NCBI GenBank assembly: GCA_002269645.1
Contig: NIVC01001407.1
Location: forward strand, 186,001-250,000
Source of the DNA: Macrostomum lignano
Taxonomy: Eukaryota
Direction: 5' to 3'
Length of the DNA stretch: 64,000 nucleotides
Positions within the stretch are counted from its first letter, which is position 1, and every line of letters starts with the position of its first letter. Both the position numbers and the translations under genes were made by a program. Of this stretch, positions 60,026-64,000 are shown one piece after another. The notes below the pieces were generated by a model. It did no database searches and was not told the origin of the DNA. It saw only the letters and a list, made by a program, of their open reading frames with translations.

Positions 60026-63000
60026 GCAGTTCAATCCAAGTAAAATAATAAGTGCCAAAACCATATGCATTATGCACTAATGCACACTGCACAGCACAAT
60101 CTAATTAAAAAGAAACAAGAATTGCGCCAATTTCCAGACTTGTGCGCCTTTCTAGACTAATGAGGTTCCTCTCCAGAGTCCAGATGCTTTATTTTTGGAA
60201 TCTACGATGTTACATTCAAAGTTTAAACCTCTCCGACTTGTTAAGTCCATTAAGTCCATTATACTTTTGTTTCTACTTAAGTCTTAATCAGAATTAAAAG
60301 AAAATTTGCAATTAAAAATCAGTCAAAAGTAAACGTTTTCAAATTTCCAGTATAACCACAACCGCATGTCAAAAAATTGAATCACATACGCAAGCAATAC
60401 GCATGTCAAAAAACTTAAAACTTAAGAGTTAACACCTAAAGTAAATTCAGATTTTAACGATTTTGAATTATCCTCTGTGCCCATTGCCAAGCGCCCCCAA
60501 CCCCTTTATTTATTTCTTTCTTTATCTCTAGCGCGTTGCGTACATTTAAGTTTAGCTTTAAAAGTTTTGCCTTACTCCCTATTGCCGAATAGCTACGTGT
60601 TTGTGGAATTGGAGGCAAAGTCTTTCTGTACATTAGTCATGCACGCGCGTTCTTTAGTGTAAAAACTCCCTCTACTGCCTCTCTCTCTCATGAAAGCTAG
60701 TTTAGTTCAGTCGATATTTTCTCTCCCCCACAGTGCGCTGATTCAACCTCCGCTGATTCAACCCCTCACCGCTTCAAACCTCTCTCTCCATATCTGGCTA
60801 CGCATGCGTGGGGGAAGGGGGAGTGACGCACAACACAACCCCCCACTTTCCCTCCCCCGCACTAGTATATTCTCGCTAGCAGTTTATTGGCTGCTTCTTT
60901 CTCACTGTACAATGAAACGGCCTGACGGGTCTGCGGCCCAAAGCCTCGCTGGGGGTGGCATTTCGTCTCTAGTCCAGCCCATAGTTCTTGTAACCAATAG
61001 AAACTTATCGATTTTTCTTCTACACCCTTTTTCATGGGTGTACATTGTTTATTGGCCCTTAAATGCCAGTAGAGGGTTCGTATAGCCCCTGCGGCCCTGC
61101 CCTAACTTACGCCTTCCTTCACAATTCAGCTATAGAAAGATGTGTACAATTGTACATAGTTTCTAAATATAGATTAAGCGGTGTACGGTAAAATTATCGA
61201 TTTTTCTTCGCATATAAAATGCAAGCTCCACCCTAACATTCCGGCTAATTCCCTCAGGACAGTCTTCGTTCTTGCTACAGTATAGATTCTAGTGCCTCAT
61301 CCGTCATCTGGACTGGACTTCCTAAAGTTCCCAAATACCATTTTTGAAACTCCTATGCAATTAGTAAGTTTATTAATATCTCACTGTCACTGTTGCGTAA
61401 ATTCGACTGCCCATAAGATTTAGAATTCTTTAAGACTTATCTAGGCTGGTACTGGTAGCTTAGCCTGGCGACGGATCGTTTATTGATTTTTACGCGAGAC
61501 AAAGACCTTTTATATACGAAGCACCCAGTCACAACTTTAAGAAAGAGGTAAGAGGTACAATTTACGTATTTGTAAATTGTAAATTGTTTGTTTCTCCTAC
61601 GTCTATTCACTGTTACAAAGGCTACAACTACACGTAATTTTATTTATTTATACGTTAATTGTTTCAACTTTCTGTAGCTTCCAATTCTAATCCATATTCA
61701 ATGAGGCCAATATGCGTTTACTGCTTCAGGGTTGTACATAAAAAACATGCAATTGTGCATTGATTTTTTGAGGTAACTAACAACATTGAATGCTATCAAC
61801 AAGGATATCAAAGTCCAGGGTTGGGACTTAGGATTCATACATATATATTTATTTCCTACAAAATTGTTCGACAATATTCCAAAATGCATAAACAGAAACA
61901 GTTAAAAATTTAATCAAATAATTTATGCGGCAAGCTGTGACGTGACCCCGGAGAAATGATTACCAAAAACCGTGAGTGGTCAAACATCAACGTTTTCCAA
62001 AGCAGCCGAGTCAGTGATATTTCTGGCGTTGTTCTGCTAATTTCGGTTAAAATATCGGATAAATGGCTGGATTTAGGTGGCTGTCAGCTGAATTAGAAAA
62101 TCTCGGTTCAAGTCTATACATGTTAACATGTATGTATTACGTTTTAAGTGCCAACTGAATGCTATTCTTATAGCACTGTCAATCTGTACATTTAAAAGTA
62201 CATAGCGCTATAGCAAGCAAATCCAAAAGTGTGCTTTGAACTGCAGTATTCACGAATCACGAGATGCAGATACAGAGGCAAAGGACAAAGATACATTTTT
62301 CAGTGTCCATAATGACAAGACCAAGAAGGCGCACGAAGATTAAGTCTTCCGACGTTCGATGCATTTTTACAATTAAATCTCGACCGAATTCAGATAATAA
62401 AATTGATAGTACGCTACAAAAATTCCTTAATTAATGCTCCGATAAGTTATCAAAGTATATATAAACTGGTATTTCTATGAAGCCACGAAAGGTAATCAGC
62501 ACGTTTAAAACGTTGTGAGCCTAAAAGTCCATGCGCAGATGGCGATACACTAAAAACACTTGCTTAGCTACTGGACAGCATGCCATACGTATGATTTTAG
62601 TTGAATATCAAGGCCAGAATCAATCAAAATAGAAAATGAAAGCTGAAAGCCATTTGCAGAAGTTCACGATTGAAAACAGCAAGTCTAATGTGATTACATA
62701 TTTTTTGAATTGGAGTTTCCTAATCAAGTTTTCCTAATCAAATCTCCGCACAAAAAGCGTCAAAGAAGTCATGACCATGACGTCTAGCGTCAAAGAAGTC
62801 ATGAAATTGGTCATATATACCACATAAATAAATAATTAATCAATGTACCTGGTCTGATTAAAGATTAAGAGACATGAGTTAGAGTTACCCGGTATAGTTG
62901 TCCTATTGTCTGGCTGGCAGTCTTAATATCTATTTCAAATTGAAAATCGGTGACTCAAGAGTATCTGCAAACCAAGTAGTGAATCCACTCGATGACTGAA

Positions 63001-63355
63001 ATTCTGATAAATGTCCCTTTTAGATAGACAATAAAATAAAATTAAGTCTGATGACGCAACGACGTCTTGGGAATGCAAATAATAATCGCCGTGCTTCTAA
63101 ATAAACTAAAAGTACATATATTCGTATTATAGTGAGCAAAGAAGAAAAACTAGACCAATGACTTTTCGAAGAAATTAAACAAACCAATCAGATTGACGGA
63201 GTAGCTATTTAATTAACTATAATGCACGTAAATTGTCTATGGTCTAAAGTCAGTTGGCAGTCAGCATATCATCAGCTACGATTGACCGTGATTGATTTGT
63301 ACTTAAAAAGACTAATTTTCTTAAAAACCTTTCAGGCTCCATAAGGAAACCCCCG

Positions 63356-64000
63356 ATGTCCGAAGCCAGAGTGAAAAGCGAGAAATCGGCAGCTGCCAGC
63401 GGTAACAATATCAATAATAACAACAACAACATTGTCAATGGAAATGTGAATAACAGCACTGTCAATGGCGTTACTGCTACTGCTGCCGCTGCTGTCGCCG
63501 CCAATCAACGTCCAATAAGGCCAAGAGTGCCGGCTACATCGGCAGCTTCGGCGACTCCACCGAATCGCAACTCTGCCACCCCCGCAACTCAACTCAACGC
63601 TGCAGCTGGAGATCCGCACTCCCAAGCCAATGCTACTAAACCGATATCTAATCAGGTGCAATTTGGATTCGCCGAAATTGATGGCGCCTCAATTCCAAAA
63701 ATCTATCGATGCTTGCACGGCGAACAAGTTGCTTATGTTGTTGTTAGAATGGTCGAATTGAAGCTGTTATGGCGTTTTCCTAATAATTATCCAGAAGAGT
63801 TGAAAAAACGACCGCCGTTGCGCAGTTCCTACATGTCGAGGATGAGGGCACGCTAGTTAATGAGATTAACGAGACTCATTGCCTTAGCGAATATGGCAAG
63901 CACGATTATTCCAAGCGGGACAATATGCTGGTCAAGTTTGAAGAGTTTATGGACTTTTATAACGCTGTGCGAAGGTGCTACGCAGATATTGCCGCTAATA
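63356..64000 (+). CDS. 5' part of an uncharacterised protein with N/A-rich low-complexity N-terminus and a globular domain; apparent 1-nt frameshift at ~63838; continues beyond window
   Basis: MSEARVKSEK...IPKIYRCLHGEQVAYVVVRMVELKLL...SSYMS; the -1 frame continues EDEGTLVNEINETHCLSEYGKHDYSKRDNMLVKFEEFMDFY to the window edge. Acceptor-like CTTTCAG at 63335. Confidence 0.65.

Overview
Eukaryotic (metazoan) genomic DNA with spliceosomal GT-AG introns; most ORFs in the supplied track are artefacts of tandem repeats or antisense shadows. GC-rich exons, introns packed with private minisatellites and splice acceptors just before start codons suggest a free-living flatworm such as Macrostomum (inference only). 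Exon chains were reconstructed by hand with phase checks for 10 genes: (1) a secreted or surface Sushi/CCP mosaic protein (-, runs off the left edge), (2) SMKR1-like with no ATG of its own, (3) RETSAT, (4) calcineurin B, (5) POLE4, (6) Rab4, (7) a gustatory-receptor-like 7TM protein with a very long N-terminus, (8) an intronless B-box/coiled-coil/NHL protein, (9) an angiopoietin/scabrous-like fibrinogen-domain protein, and (10) an uncharacterised gene with an apparent frameshift (runs off the right edge). About 30 tandem arrays cover roughly 18 kb (my manual estimate). There are also hAT-type MITEs with 8-bp TSDs, Tc1 elements with TA TSDs, a LINE 3' remnant and SINE-like elements. Most interesting: mirror-image minisatellite arrays bracketing RETSAT exon 4 (echoed around an exon of gene 1), arrays growing inside MITEs and from a LINE tail, an SMKR1 exon that could take its AUG from a spliced leader, and the long-tailed GRL.
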